Assembly (NCBI GenBank): GCA_950097015.1
Contig: CATNEN010000040.1
Coordinates: forward strand, 1 to 64,000
Length of the DNA stretch: 64,000 nt
DNA from: Macrostomum hystrix
Lineage: Eukaryota; Animalia; Platyhelminthes
Direction of reading: 5' to 3'
This document shows, one piece after another, positions 40,001-52,600 of this stretch. Made by a program: the position numbers and the translations under genes. The notes under the pieces are model-generated. The model searched no databases, was not told where the DNA came from, and saw only the letters and a program-made list of their open reading frames with translations. Every line of letters begins with the position of its first letter. The first letter of the stretch is position 1.

Positions 40001-43000
40001 GGGGCTGTGGACGCGGGCATATTATTTGGTGGCAATTCTGCAAATTTCGCTGACTCCTGAGCACCTGGTGCGAGAGGCAAGCGCATTAGAACCCTCTGCC
40101 ACACCCAAACATTCTTCACGATCGAGAACTTCCTCTCGGGTGTATGACATCAGTGTCAGGGTGTATGACATCAGTGTCGGGGTGTATGCCATCAGTGTCA
40201 GGGTGTATGACATCAGTGTCAGGGTGTATGACATCAGTGTCAGGGTTTATGACATCAGTGTCGTGTGTATGACATCAGTGTCAGGGTGTATGACATCAGT
40301 GTCAGGGTGTATGACATCAGTGTCGGGGTGTATGACACCAGTGTCAGGGTGTATGACATCAGTGTCAGGGTGTATGACATCAGTGTCGGGGTGTATGACA
40401 CCAGTGTCAAGGTGTATGACATCAGTGTCGGGGTGAATGCCATCAGTGTCAGGGTGTATGACATCAGTGTCGGGTGTATGACATCAGTGTCGGGTGTATG
40501 ACATCAGTGTCAGGGTGTATGACATCAGTGTCAGGGTGTATGACATCAGTGTCAGGGTGTATGACATCAGTGTCGGGGTGTATGCCACCAGTGTCGGGGT
40601 GTATGCCACCAGTGTCGGGGTGTATGCCACCAGTGTCAGGGTGTATGACATCAGTGTCAGGGTGTATGACATCAGTGTCAGGGTGTATGACATCAGTGTC
40701 GGGGTGTATGCCATCAGTGTCAGGGTGTATGACATCAGTGTCGGGGTGTATGCCACCAGTGTATGACATCAGTGTCGTGTGTATGACATCAGTGTCGAGT
40801 GTATGACATCAGTGTCGAGTGTATGACATCAGTGTCGGGTGTATGACATCAGTGTCGAGTGTATGACATCAATGTCGAGTGTATGACATCAGTGTCGAGT
40901 GTATGACATCAATGTCGAGTGTATGACATCAGTGTCAGGGTGTATGACATCAGTGTCGAGTGTATGACATCAGTGCCAGCACGTTAAGTGTCCAAAACCA
41001 AAAAAATCGGCATTGAACAGAGCGTCAGCAGCAGCCAGCTCAAGACTCTCTGGATGACGCCAAAATTCGCTTCATCAGCAGCTCCTGTTTGCGCCGGCTT
41101 GTTGAATCGCTTCACAAGCGGGCCCTGCAGTGCCATTGGTTGGCATTCTTCCCGGATCCCGGCAGGCCTTCATTCCTATTGGTCCAGCTGTTGCGAGAGC
41201 CTAACTCTAGGGTATGTAAGGCTTCTCTGTTGCTTTTAGGCCTTCGTTTCCAGCGTAACTTTATCATCACTGAAACTTCCGTTAATTTTTTTTGCTAAAT
41301 ATCGCACCCTCATTATCAATTCAAGTTACAAAGGCCAGCCAATATCCAATCAATAACTCCAGGTTCGCGTCAATCTGCTAGACCTGCTAGGCAGCCTATT
41401 TCATGGCTCCAAGGCTTTCTTATTGTTAGCCGAAGATTTTGGCGTACCAAAGACGGCTTTTACGCCGCTGTCTACCCGGCTGGCCGCCTCTCTTCGCGAA
41501 CTGCATCGCCAGATCTTGCAGGCTCTGCTAGCAGAACGCAGCCAAGCCACTCAGGCTCAGCTATTGCGCTGCATTGGCCAGCTGGCTATCAATGTGCCCT
41601 ATCAGAAGCTGCGGCCAGGACTGGTCACCAAAGTGTTCAAGGTGAGGTCTAAGGGCTCCTAGAAAAAGGGGCTGTCTATCTAGTGGGTCTAACACGGGTG
41701 TCTATCTATCTAGTGGGTCTAACACGTGTGTCTATCTATCTAGTGGATCTAACACGGGTGTCTATCTAGTGGATCTAACACGGGTGTCTATCTATCTAGT
41801 GGGTCTAAACACAGGTGTCTATCTATCTAGTGGGTCTAAACACGGGTGTCTATCTATCTAGTGGGTCTAAACACGGGTGTCTATCTAGTGGGTCTAAAAA
41901 TCTGTGAATTTCTGCGTGTTAAATCAACAGTCAGTGGTATCTGGAGGTGTCAAACTAGCGGGTATCTGGAGGTGTCAAACCAGCGGGTATCAGGAGGTGT
42001 CAAACTAGCGGGTATCAGGTGTCAAACCAGCGGGTATCAGGAGGTGTCAAACTAGCGGGTATCTGGAGGTGTCAAACCAGCGGGTATCTGGAGGTGTCAA
42101 ACCAGCGGGTATCTGGAGGTGTCAAACCAGCGGGTATCAGGAGGTGTCAAACCAGCGGGTATCAGGAGGTGTCAAACCAGCGGGTATCTGGAGGTGTCAA
42201 ACCAGCGGGTATCTAGAGTTGTCAATCCAGCGGGTATCTGGAGGTGTCAAACCAGCGGGTATCTGGAGGTGTCAAACCAGCGGGTATCAGGAGGTGTGAA
42301 ACCAGCGGGTATCAGGAGGTGTCAAACTAGCGGGTATCAGGAGGTGTCAAACCAGCGGGTATCTGGAGGTGTCAAACCAGCGGGTATCAGGAGGTGTCAA
42401 ACCAGCGGGTATCTGGATTGCAGCCGAATCAATTTCATGTCCTCATTCGAAGGTGGCCTCCCCGTTCCTCCTGTCGGATTCGCCCGAAGTGAAGTCAGCC
42501 GCTCTCCAGTGCTTCGGCCAGCTTGCCTCGCTGGAGGGCCCGGCATTCGAAGTGTCCCACTGCCTGCTGCAGGACTGCCTTCGATCTCCGGCCGCCTCGC
42601 CGATGCTGACCGGCTTTCACACGCCTCTGCTTGGGCCGCAGACTGCGCCATTTGAATCGTCCTGGCTAGTGCAGCACTGCCTGCGAGTGGCTCACCCGAC
42701 TGGCGACGGCTGGCAGGTTTGTTGCCTTGAATCTCACCCTAGCCCAGTATTTCTAGCCCAACTAATGCTGCTACTCATTGTACAGTGAACTGAAGCAATG
42801 GGAGATTAACAGTACAACTAGTACCAAAGGTGGAATTTCCCTAACAATTATTTTGCTACACCCGAACGGAGCAACGCAAGCACCCGAAACTCAAGAACAC
42901 GGGCCAATTTTTTTTGCGCATCTTCTGAAACAATAATCAAGTTGCCAGCTCATAAGACCGTCGAGATATTCAATAGTCCTGGCCGAAGGTCTGATTTTTC

Positions 43001-45862
43001 CCATAAGCGCTTGTGTATTTCACGAATTAGCACTGCGCTAGGCCTTATAAATTGATCAGCATGTCACCCGAATGTGCCTGCATTATCTCCATCTGCGGTG
43101 GTCACCTAGCTTTATCTAGACGTTGCTCAATAGTTTCCCCTGGGATTCAAACTTGCAATATCTTGGTCAAGTGCTCTAGCCACTACTCGTATAAACTGCT
43201 TCAATGCGATTAGCTAAACAATCAACTCAGATTGACAATGTGGCAACAGCGGCGTCCCAACAGCAGCAGCAGCAGCAGCAGCAGATTCTGGAGCCAGCAG
43301 CAGTTCGCGTGGAGGCTCTGGCAACACTTCGTTGGCTCATCTTGCACTATTGGAACTTTGTCAGCCCCGTGGCAGAGCAGCTCCGCCGCACCCTGCAGTT
43401 CTGCCTGCTGCCCGAATCTAACCGCACCGTCCGGGCGGCCGCCGTGCGCGCACTCGACGCTCTCCTGACTTCGCTGCCTGCGGCCGAAGCGGCGGAGACC
43501 GTCTGGCCAGCCTTCCTGCCTCCGCTACTGGCCTGTCTGCAGCCGACCGCTCACTACAGCGTCCGATCAGCCGCTGCCGAGTGCCTGGCCCTGCTCAGCG
43601 ATGCCTCGTCGGCCGGTCTACCCTCCGAGCTGCTCAGCCAAGCCTGCCAGGCGCTGCTGGCCCTGTGCCAGGACGGCCCGAACACTGTCCGGGCCGGAGC
43701 TGTCCGCGCCCTGGGCGCCTGGACCTCGCTGGCTCCGGTCCGCTGCGAGTCCAACGGTCGCCGCCTGCTGGCTCTGGTCTGGCGATTCGCAGACCTCTGC
43801 TCCGGCGTCGAGTCGCTTGGTGGTGCGAGCTCAGGCAGCCTGGTCCCTTGCTCAGGTAGTTTCCCCTGATATCCCCTGATAGCTTCCCTTCCCTGTTCTA
43901 CGAAAAGTATTTTCCCATTCTTCAATCCTGTTCCCTCTTCCCTACTCACCATTTTCCTAGTATTCAATCGTGTTCCCTCTTCCCTACTCACGATTTTCCT
44001 AGTATTCAATCGTGTTCCCTCTTCCCTACTCACGATTTTCCTAGTATTCAATCGTGTTCCCTCTTCCCTACTCACGATTTTCCTAGTATTCAATCGTGTT
44101 CCCTCTTCCCTACTCTCCATTTGCCTAGTAATTAGTCGTGTTCCCTCTTCCCTACTCACAATTTTCCTAGAATTCAATCGTGTTTCCATCTTCCCTATTC
44201 CACATTCTCCCAATCATCAATCATGTTCTCCTCTTCCCTTCTCACCATTTTCCCAATCCTCAATCGTGTTCCTCTCTTCCTTTATTATCCATCTTTCTTT
44301 CTTATGCCATCTTATCTGTACGGCATTATTCCGATATCTATTTTAACCTCAATTTGCTCCGCAGGCATCCGAGGCACTTCTCGCCCTAGCCGCCGCTGCC
44401 CCGTCGCCGGCCGACAGTCCGCAGTCGCCGCAGCTGCTCTCCCAGGCAGATTTGATTCGCCTGTTCCTGGCCGCCATGAATCTGTGCGCCGATGCGCCGA
44501 AAGTTCGCGAGAATGCTGCTCGCCTATTGGGCAACCTGTTCTGCTTAGCAACGGGCTCTGGCGAAGATTTGTCCTCTGCTGCTTATACTATTGCTTCTCC
44601 GGGAGCTAGTAGTAGTAGCGGGGGACATCTCCGAGCCTGCATGGAGCAGGCGGCCACTGGTCTGGCCAATCTGGTTACGCCTGGCGGCTCGGACTCCGCC
44701 AGTGCCAGGGTTCGCTGGAACGCTTCGCTAGCTATTCGATGCGCCTTCAGCCGCTTGCCAGTCGGAGAGAACTGGACCCTGTGCCTGCACTCCGCACTGT
44801 ACGACGCCCTGCGATCCGACAAATACTTTAAGGTTTGTTCTTCGATGATAGCGAAAGTTCCTCATTATCTGAAATCCCAGCCCTTCAACAGAAGAAAGAC
44901 CATGGGGCTATTTCAAACACCCGCAGGCCATTTCACGGTAGCTCCCAAACCGAATGACCGACTTTCATGAAACCTCCTTGGCGATTCCATATTGGTTCAA
45001 AAATAAAAAAATTAACAATTTAATCAGTCCAAAATAGTCAATAATGATAACCAACATGAAATTTTGTGAGTAGAAAACTATCTAGTTGTCCCTATTATCT
45101 AAAATCCCATCTGTGACTGCGCCTAAATTGTTTTCACAGTTTTTTTGTTTCGCAACCTGAATTTCCTAATCGACCAACATCTCACAGGTGAAAATTCACG
45201 CCGCCTGCGCCTTGCTGACTCTGCAGCAGAGGCGCCAATTCGGAGAGCCAGCAGCCGCTGTCCAGCTGCAGAAGGCCGGCGGGCGTCAGTCGTCCGGCAA
45301 TCCGATGTCTCGCCTGATTGATTCCGTGATTGGCTGCGCTCGCCACGTGCGCACAATGGACATTCCGTTTAGCGAGCAGACACACAAGACAGTCCTGGAC
45401 TATCTACTTTGCCTGCTGCTATTAAAATTGTGCGCCCTAATGACAATAGACGACGCTCTCGCCGTTTCGCCGTTGCTAGTCGACGCCAAAGTCGACAATG
45501 ACGTCAGTGCGGAGATCGGACCGTTGGATCTTCTGGCCAGCCAGCTGAGTCGGCTTTGGCCTGCTCAGGCCGCCCTCGCCTGGGACAGCGGCGCCCCCGT
45601 CAGGCAGGCCTTCTTCCTAGGCCGCGGCGCCTCCTCGGCCGTCGCCCTACTGGAGCCCGACTATCCGCTGAAGGCGCTGAATGAAGCCGAGGCCAATCTG
45701 ACGGAGCTGCTGGCGGCGTCTGAGTCAGATCGGCCGCCCGTCGGCGAGTGCTGCCGTCGCCTGCTGGAACTGGTAACCAGCAGCCCGCTCCGAGCAGGCG
45801 ATGCACGCCACCTCGCTGACGTCGGCATTCCGGCAAACCTACGACTGAAGGCGACAGTCTGA
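37084..45862 (+). CDS. HEATR6: HEAT repeat-containing protein 6; exons 37084-37286, 37863-38220, 38672-39162, 39633-39955, 41021-41211, 41363-41641, 42453-42716, 43231-43855 (+1 frameshift near 43819), 44365-44832, 45188-45862
   Basis: Motifs SKAFLLLAED, LEPAAVRVEAL, VRAQAAWSLA, KVRENAARLLGNL, VRWNASLA and YFKVKIHAACAL. Splice phases are consistent apart from one frameshift. Confidence 0.85.
37530..37760 (+). repeat. 23-bp minisatellite, HEATR6 intron 1 (ATGTACAGCCTGCGTACATTGGA)
   Basis: Direct reading. Confidence 0.92.
38320..38620 (+). repeat. 27-bp minisatellite, HEATR6 intron 2
   Basis: CTGGAATCGCAGCTAGATGGCTTAATA units. Confidence 0.93.
39230..39400 (-). mobile_element. tRNA/CORE-like SINE, HEATR6 intron 3
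   Basis: Plus-strand GGGAATCGAACCC (reverse B-box) and GTCTTGCTAAAGGACACA core. Similar to 21610-21785. Confidence 0.6.
40135..40980 (+). repeat. 21/19-bp minisatellite, HEATR6 intron 4 (GGGTGTATGACATCAGTGTCA)
   Basis: Direct reading. Confidence 0.94.
41670..41900 (+). repeat. ~29-bp minisatellite, HEATR6 intron 6
   Basis: TCTATCTAGTGGGTCTAACACGGGTG units. Confidence 0.88.
41935..42417 (+). repeat. 25-bp minisatellite, HEATR6 intron 6
   Basis: CCAGCGGGTATCWGGAGGTGTCAAA units. Confidence 0.93.
43890..44200 (+). repeat. 42-bp pyrimidine-rich minisatellite, HEATR6 intron 8
   Basis: 14-aa periodic ORF on the minus strand. Confidence 0.88.
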
Positions 45863-45889
45863 GGGAGAGAGTGAACTCTTTAGGCTGGG

Positions 45890-47160
45890 TCTCCCCAGAT
45901 CCTCAGGCTGAACTTTGGCACTTCCCAGAATCTCAGACTGAATCGGCACTCCCCCAGATCCTCAGGCTAGAGTCTGCCACTCCCCCAGATCCTCAGGCTG
46001 ACTCTGGCACTCCCCCAGATCCTCAAGCTGACTCTGCCACTCCCCCCAGATCCTCAGGCTGACTCTGGCACTCCCCCAGATCCTCAGGCTGACTCTGGCA
46101 CTCCCCCAGATCCTCAGGCTGACTCTGGCCCTTCCCCAGATCCTCAGGCTGACTCTGCCACTCCCCCAGATCCTCAGGCTGACTCTGGCACTCCCCCAGA
46201 TCCTCAGGCTGACTCTGGCCCTTCCCCAGATCCTCAGGCTGACTCTGCCACTCCCCCAGATCCTCAGGCTGACTCTGCCACTCCCCCAGATCCTCAGGCT
46301 GACTCTGCCACTCCCCCAGATCCTCAGGCTGACTCTGCCACTCCCCCAGATCCTCAGGCTGACTCTGGCCCTTCCCCAGATCCTCAGGCTGACTCTGGCA
46401 CTCCCCCAGATCCTCAGGCTGACTCTGGCCCTTCCCCAGATCCTCAGGCTGACTCTGCCACTCCCCCAGATCCTCAAGCTGACTCTGCCACTCCCCCAGA
46501 TCCTCAGGCTGACTCTGGCACTCCCCCAGATCCTCAGGCTGACTCTGGCACTCCCCCAGATCCTCAGGCTGACTCTGGCCCTTCCCCAGATCCTCAGGCT
46601 GACTCTGGCACTCCCCCAGATCCTCAGGCTGACTCTGGCACTCCCCCAGATCCTCAGGCTGACTCTGGCACTCCCCCAGATCCTCAGGCTGACTCTGGCA
46701 CTCCCCCAGATCCTCAGGCTGACTCTGGCACTCCCCCAGATCCTCAGGCTGACTCTGGCCCTTCCCCAGATCCTCAGGCTGACTCTGCCACTCCCCCAGA
46801 TCCTCAGGCTGACTCTGGCACTCCCCCAGATCCTCAGGCTGACTCTGCCACTCCCCCAGATCCTCAGGCTGACTCTGGCCCTTCCCCAGATCCTCAGGCT
46901 GACTCTGCCACTCCCCCAGATCCTCAGGCTGACTCTGCCCTCCCCCAGATCCTCAGGCTGGAGTCTGGCACTCCCCCAGATCCTCAGGCTGGAGTCTGGC
47001 ACTCCCCCAGATCCTCAGGCTGGAGTCTGGCACTCCCCCAGATCCTCAGGCTGGAGTCTGGCACTCCCCCAGATCCTCAGGCTGGAGTCTGGCACTCCCC
47101 CAGATCCTCAGGCTGGAGTCTGGCACTCCCCCAGATCCTCAGGCTGGAGTCTGGCACTCG
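45890..47160 (+). repeat. 30-bp minisatellite immediately after the HEATR6 stop
   Basis: CCCCAGATCCTCAGGCTGACTCTGGCACTC units. Confidence 0.95.
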
Positions 47161-48044
47161 CCTGTTCCCCAGGTGGTCTAACTGTAATCCAATCTTTCGC
47201 AATTAATTTAGGTTTAAATAACAAGGCCCATTACTATTTTCTGTACGTCCAAAGGTTCAGGCCGTCCTTTCTTTTCGGGAAACGCTTATTCAGTGGAACA
47301 CCTGTGTAGTTTGAACTTTTGCGTTTTAATTTCTTGTCGCTGATTTCACGCTTGAATAATAAAAAACATATTTCCTTTATTCCTCACGAAGAAATGACAG
47401 CAGAAATTATATTATTCGCATTTTTCAATACTTTAAATTAGTAAGGAATATTTTTGGTAAATTCCTCTGAAGCCTCTGCAGATTATATAGTAATAGTGTT
47501 GTGCTACACTGTACATGTACTTGGCCGTATACATAGAGATATATAGATTACTCTATATATAGAGAGCACAGCCCTGTAAAAAAGTGGCTTTGGTACTCGT
47601 AAGTTATCTTGCGCATAATTTTCTGTTCCCTTCTGTCTCTGCTCACGATAGTCTATTTAAGTTCTGCGGTTAAAAAGTGCCACTCGTGGTACACTACTTA
47701 TTTTTATAGTTTAAGTAGTGCTGCTCAAAAATCGTTGTTTTTATTTTTTCTACTGTTTTGCACGAAAAAGGAGAAAGAAAACGGCAAGAGAATTTTTTAT
47801 TCACTCATAAGTGCCTGCTCACCTTCCTACATTCGGAGCATCAGCTGCAAATTATGCTTTCTGTTAAACTCAATATTTGATTATTCTAGAGAGAGATACT
47901 GACGCTTCAGACAAAAGGATCGCTTGCTCACTTAAAAACTAATTTTAAACGAATGCCTTTGTTATTTTGTAATTTTTGAAGCTTATACGTATAGCCTATA
48001 CGTATAGCCTATACGACTGCAGTGTATTCAAACATATAATCCAC

Positions 48045-49612
48045 ACAGCTGCTTGTAGGACAGCAGAAAATCCACTCTGCTACATGTAGGACAGCAGATA
48101 ATCCACACTGCTACATGTAGGACAGCAGATAATCCACTCTGCTACATGTAGCACAGCAGATAATCCACTCTGCTACATGTAGGACAGCAGATAATCCACT
48201 CTGCTACATGTAGGACAGCAGATAATCCACTCTGCTACATGTAGGACAGCAGATAATCCACTCTGCTACATGTAGGACAGCAGATAATCCACTCTGCTAC
48301 TTGTTGGACAGCAGATAATCCACTCTGCTACATGTAGGACAGCAGATAATCCACTCTGCTACATGTAGGACAGCAGATAATCCACACAGCTACATGTAGG
48401 ACAGCAGAAAATCCACTCTGCTACATGTAGGACAGCAGATAATCCACTCTGCTACTTGTTGGACAGCAGATAATCCACTCTGCTACATGTAGGACAGCAG
48501 ATAATCCACTCTGCTACATGTAGGACAGCAGATAATCCACTCTGCTACATTTAGGACAGCAGATAATCCTCTCTGCTACATGTAGGACAGCAGATAATCC
48601 ACTCTGCTACTTGTTGGACAGCAGATAATCCACTCTGCTACATGTAGGACAGCAGAAAATCCACTCTGCTACATGTAGGACAGCAGATAATCCACTCTGC
48701 TACATGTAAGAGAGCAGATAATCCACTCTGCTACTTGTTGGACAGCAGATAATCCACTCTGCTACTTGTTGGACAGCAGATAATCCACTCTGCTACATGT
48801 AGGACAGCAGATAATCCACTCTGCTACATGTAGGACAGCAGATAATCCACTCTGCTACATGTAGGACAGCAGATAATCCACTCTGCTACTTGTTGGACAG
48901 CAGATAATCCACTCTGCTACATGTAGGACAGCAGATAATCCACTCTGCTACATGTAGGACAGCAGATAATCCACACAGCTACATGTAGGACAGCAGAAAA
49001 TCCACTCTGCTACATGTAGGACAGCAGATAATCCACTCTGCTACTTGTTGGACAGCAGATAATCCACTCTGCTACATGTAGGACAGCAGATAATCCACTC
49101 TGCTACATGTAGGACAGCAGATAATCCACTCTGCTACATTTAGGACAGCAGATAATCCACTCTGCTACATGTAGGACAGCAGATAATCCACTCTGCTACT
49201 TGTTGGACAGCAGATAATCCACTCTGCTACATGTAGGACAGCAGAAAATCCACTCTGCTACATGTAGGACAGCAGATAATCCACTCTGCTACATGTAAGA
49301 GAGCAGATAATCCACTCTGCTACTTGTTGGACAGCAGATAATCCACTCTGCTACTTGTTGGACAGCAGATAATCCACTCTGCTACATGTAGGACAGCAGA
49401 TAATCCACTCTGCTACATGTAGGACAGCAGATAATCCACTCTGCTACATGTAGGACAGCAGATAATCCACTCTGCTACATGTAGGACAGCAGATAATCCA
49501 CTCTGCTACATGGAATACAGCAGAAAATCCACTCTGCTACATGTAGGACAGCAGATAATCCACTCAGCTACTTGTTGAACAGCAGATAATCCACTCTGCT
49601 ACATGTACGACA
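48045..49612 (+). repeat. 31-bp palindromic minisatellite overlapping the Amt stop codon
   Basis: CCACTCTGCTACATGTAGGACAGCAGATAAT units, each containing the palindrome CTACATGTAG. Confidence 0.95.
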
Positions 49613-52600
49613 GCACAGTGTCCAGAGATCGAAGACTCTGCGAGGCTGCCGCTGCGGGGCACCTTCGGTTGGCACTTCTGTAGTTGGGCGCCGCAGCCAG
49701 CTGCTCGTTGGGCAAGGACCCCGCCATCGATAGAAGAGAAATTGCGGACTTCGCGCCGATCTCCGGGGTGCCTTCTGAAACATGTAGACATTTGGAAGTC
49801 AGCTTCAGAGGCGTTGGTTGAGTTGCTTTACAAGCCAAGCTGTGTGAAGCAAAGAGTGATAATTCATCCTTACCACCCCATCCGTGGCCGTAGGCGCTCA
49901 GTGGGTAGGCAACTTCGCCGTGCCTGGCTCTGTCGATTCCTATTGAAAACGATAGAAAATGATGTGTAACTGCCCGCAGTCCTCCTGATATAATAATTGC
50001 AGGAGGACTGCGGGCGATTGTACATCATTTGGTGACAGTCAGCCCGCAGCCAGCGAGGAGGCAATTCTGAGCACACAGATACCGTACTCAGGCATACGCT
50101 CACACAGGTGTGTACATCTGCCCTGACTTTCTCAGTCAGGCAGTGTACACTTCACTGTGCCTTGGAGATTGGCCCTCAAGGGCGTAAATTACACGACAAT
50201 CGTCCAAAGCCTTCTCTCCGCTGCTGCGCCCCAAATAAATATGGCCTCGCCGCGGAATCGAGCTCAGGGACCTTGGTGAGAGATGCAAACGCGTTAGATC
50301 GCTCTGCCACCGACCCCTTGGGATCAGATTCGAACTCCCGACTTCTCATTCCGATAGCTACTGGGTTACAATTAAAGCTCTTTCGATCTCAACAACTCCA
50401 CTTTAAAACTCATAGAGTACAATGGACCACTAGCAGTTGATGGACGGGAAAACACGTTTCTTGGAAAAAGTTGAGAAGGCAGTTTTTCGCCGAAAAATAC
50501 ACCACCGAGATAGTGAAATTTCCCCTCTTTCACAAAAAATTGTGAAGAGTAGAAGAAAAAAGCAGAAAATGTTAAAATATCTCGTCTTTTTTTCATAACC
50601 CGCCTCTGAAACTTTTTCTTACAAGCGTAGGTTCCCGTTCTTCTACTCCTATATACCTCCAAGGCTTGTACAGTTGCCATAGCAACAATGCTAGTATTCA
50701 CACCTTTCAACTCCACCAGCCTCGCCATCCGATGCTGCCGCGCCAGCCGCAGGCAGCCGAACCCGGCTATCGAAGTTGCCGCCGACCAGGCCACGATGGC
50801 CAGGAGGCCAGACAGCTGCACAGCCAGCTGGCGCCCGCCTGTCGAGTCCCAGCGGGTCAGCAGACCCAGCTGATCGTGCAGAAGGCCGACGCCGATGAGG
50901 CCCCAGGCGCCAGCGCCAAGGTGAACGGAGACGACGCCGAGCGGGTCGTCAAGCGGACAGAGAAACAGCAGCGCAGCGGACCAGGCCGACCAGGCAGCGG
51001 CGCCGACAGCTCCGATGGTGCATGCAGCCCAAGGCTGGACGGCGTCGCAGCCGGCGCCGATGGCCACCGCGCCCGCCAGGGTGGCGTTGAAGAGGCGCAG
51101 CAGCTGTGGGAGTCGGCATCGTCGGCGCTGTCGATGCAGACGATGCGCCGTCGTTGTCCAGGACTTTGATGATCTTGATCTCGAAGCCGTCACCAGCAGG
51201 TCTAAGGCAACGCCGACAGCGGCAGCAGTTGCGCAGGCCAGCATCGTGTTGACCACGGAGAGAGCGACTGTGCTTCCATCGCCATTTTCGGTGATGCTGC
51301 ATCTTCGGCCAGCGTTGAATGCGAATCCGGCGAACAGCCGAATGCCGGCGCCGATTCCGATCAGCGGCGTCGAGTGACCGGGAATGTCGCCGATCTCTGG
51401 TTCAAGCCGTCGCCGACTTTGTCGCCGACGCCGGGGTCCCGTCAGTAGGCCAGCCACCAGCGCGGCCACGCCGCCAGTCAGGTGGACAACACCACTTCCG
51501 GCGAAGTCCAAGAAGGCGACATTGTCAGCCTCCGACCCTGGCAGCGTCGAGTTGGTGCTGTCAGCACTCTCGAAGCGGACGCCCACGGCCAGCCAGCCGG
51601 CGGGACTCCAGGCCCAGTGGGCAGCGATCGGCTGGATGAAGCCTGCGCATGGGAATGGGGTGTGCTCAGGCCTTTGCTGATAGTGCTCAACACTCTCTCT
51701 GGGAAGAATAATAATCAAACTTGTCTCGGGCCGCCTGATCCTAATTAATTATTTATTTGTCATCCACCTCTCTACAACGGCCATTATTGACTCCATCCGG
51801 TGGACTTTCGCATGACTTGTCCATTCGCTTGGCTTACAATAAGACTGCAAACTATTGACGGACCCATTGCTGGCGCCTCTGACTTCTCCACAATGTGACT
51901 GTAAGTCACGCTTGGGCGTGCCTGAGTTGAGACAATGAGTCAGCTGTGTATGCGATCGAGAAATAACTTGCCTAGTAGCTTTTCCGGGAAAATCTGGGCA
52001 CCTTTTTCGGAATGGATGCTATACTTCTCGATGCTATGTACCCGCTATGCTAAAAATTTGATACTTTAATTTCCGTGATTCTTTAACTTTAAAATCGCTG
52101 TCACTCATCCAGTCATAGCTGTCTGTCATTTAGTCATAGCTGTCTGTCATTTAGTCATAGCTGCCACTCATCCAGTCATAGCTGTCACTCATCCAGTCAT
52201 AGCTGTCACTCATCCAGTCTTAGTTGTCAGTCATCCAGTCATAGCTGTCACTCATCCAGTCTTAGTTGTCACTCATCCAGTCATAGCTGTCACTCTTCCA
52301 TTCATAGCTGTCACTCATCCAGTCATAGCTGTCACTCATCCAGTCATAGCTGTCACTCATCCAGTCATAGCTGTCACTCATCCAGTCATAGCTGTCACTC
52401 ATCCAGTCATAGCTGTCACTCATCTCTCCTTCAGTCTGCAAATCTTTCTCCCTCTGGAAAAGTCTGGAAAAACTCTCACCGGCCACCAGCACCGACTGCG
52501 CAATCCTGCCGGGCAGGTCGCTCCGCTCAGCGGAAGCGCCGCCGACAACTGCTGCAGCCGTGGCCGCCACTCCGCAGTGCCAGAGCCACCGATGATACTG

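Noticed and set aside
45962-47002. 346-aa RVSLRIWGS repeat ORF (likewise ORFs at 61378-61854 and 62385-63186)
   Set aside because: Translation of 30-, 21- and 20-bp minisatellites.
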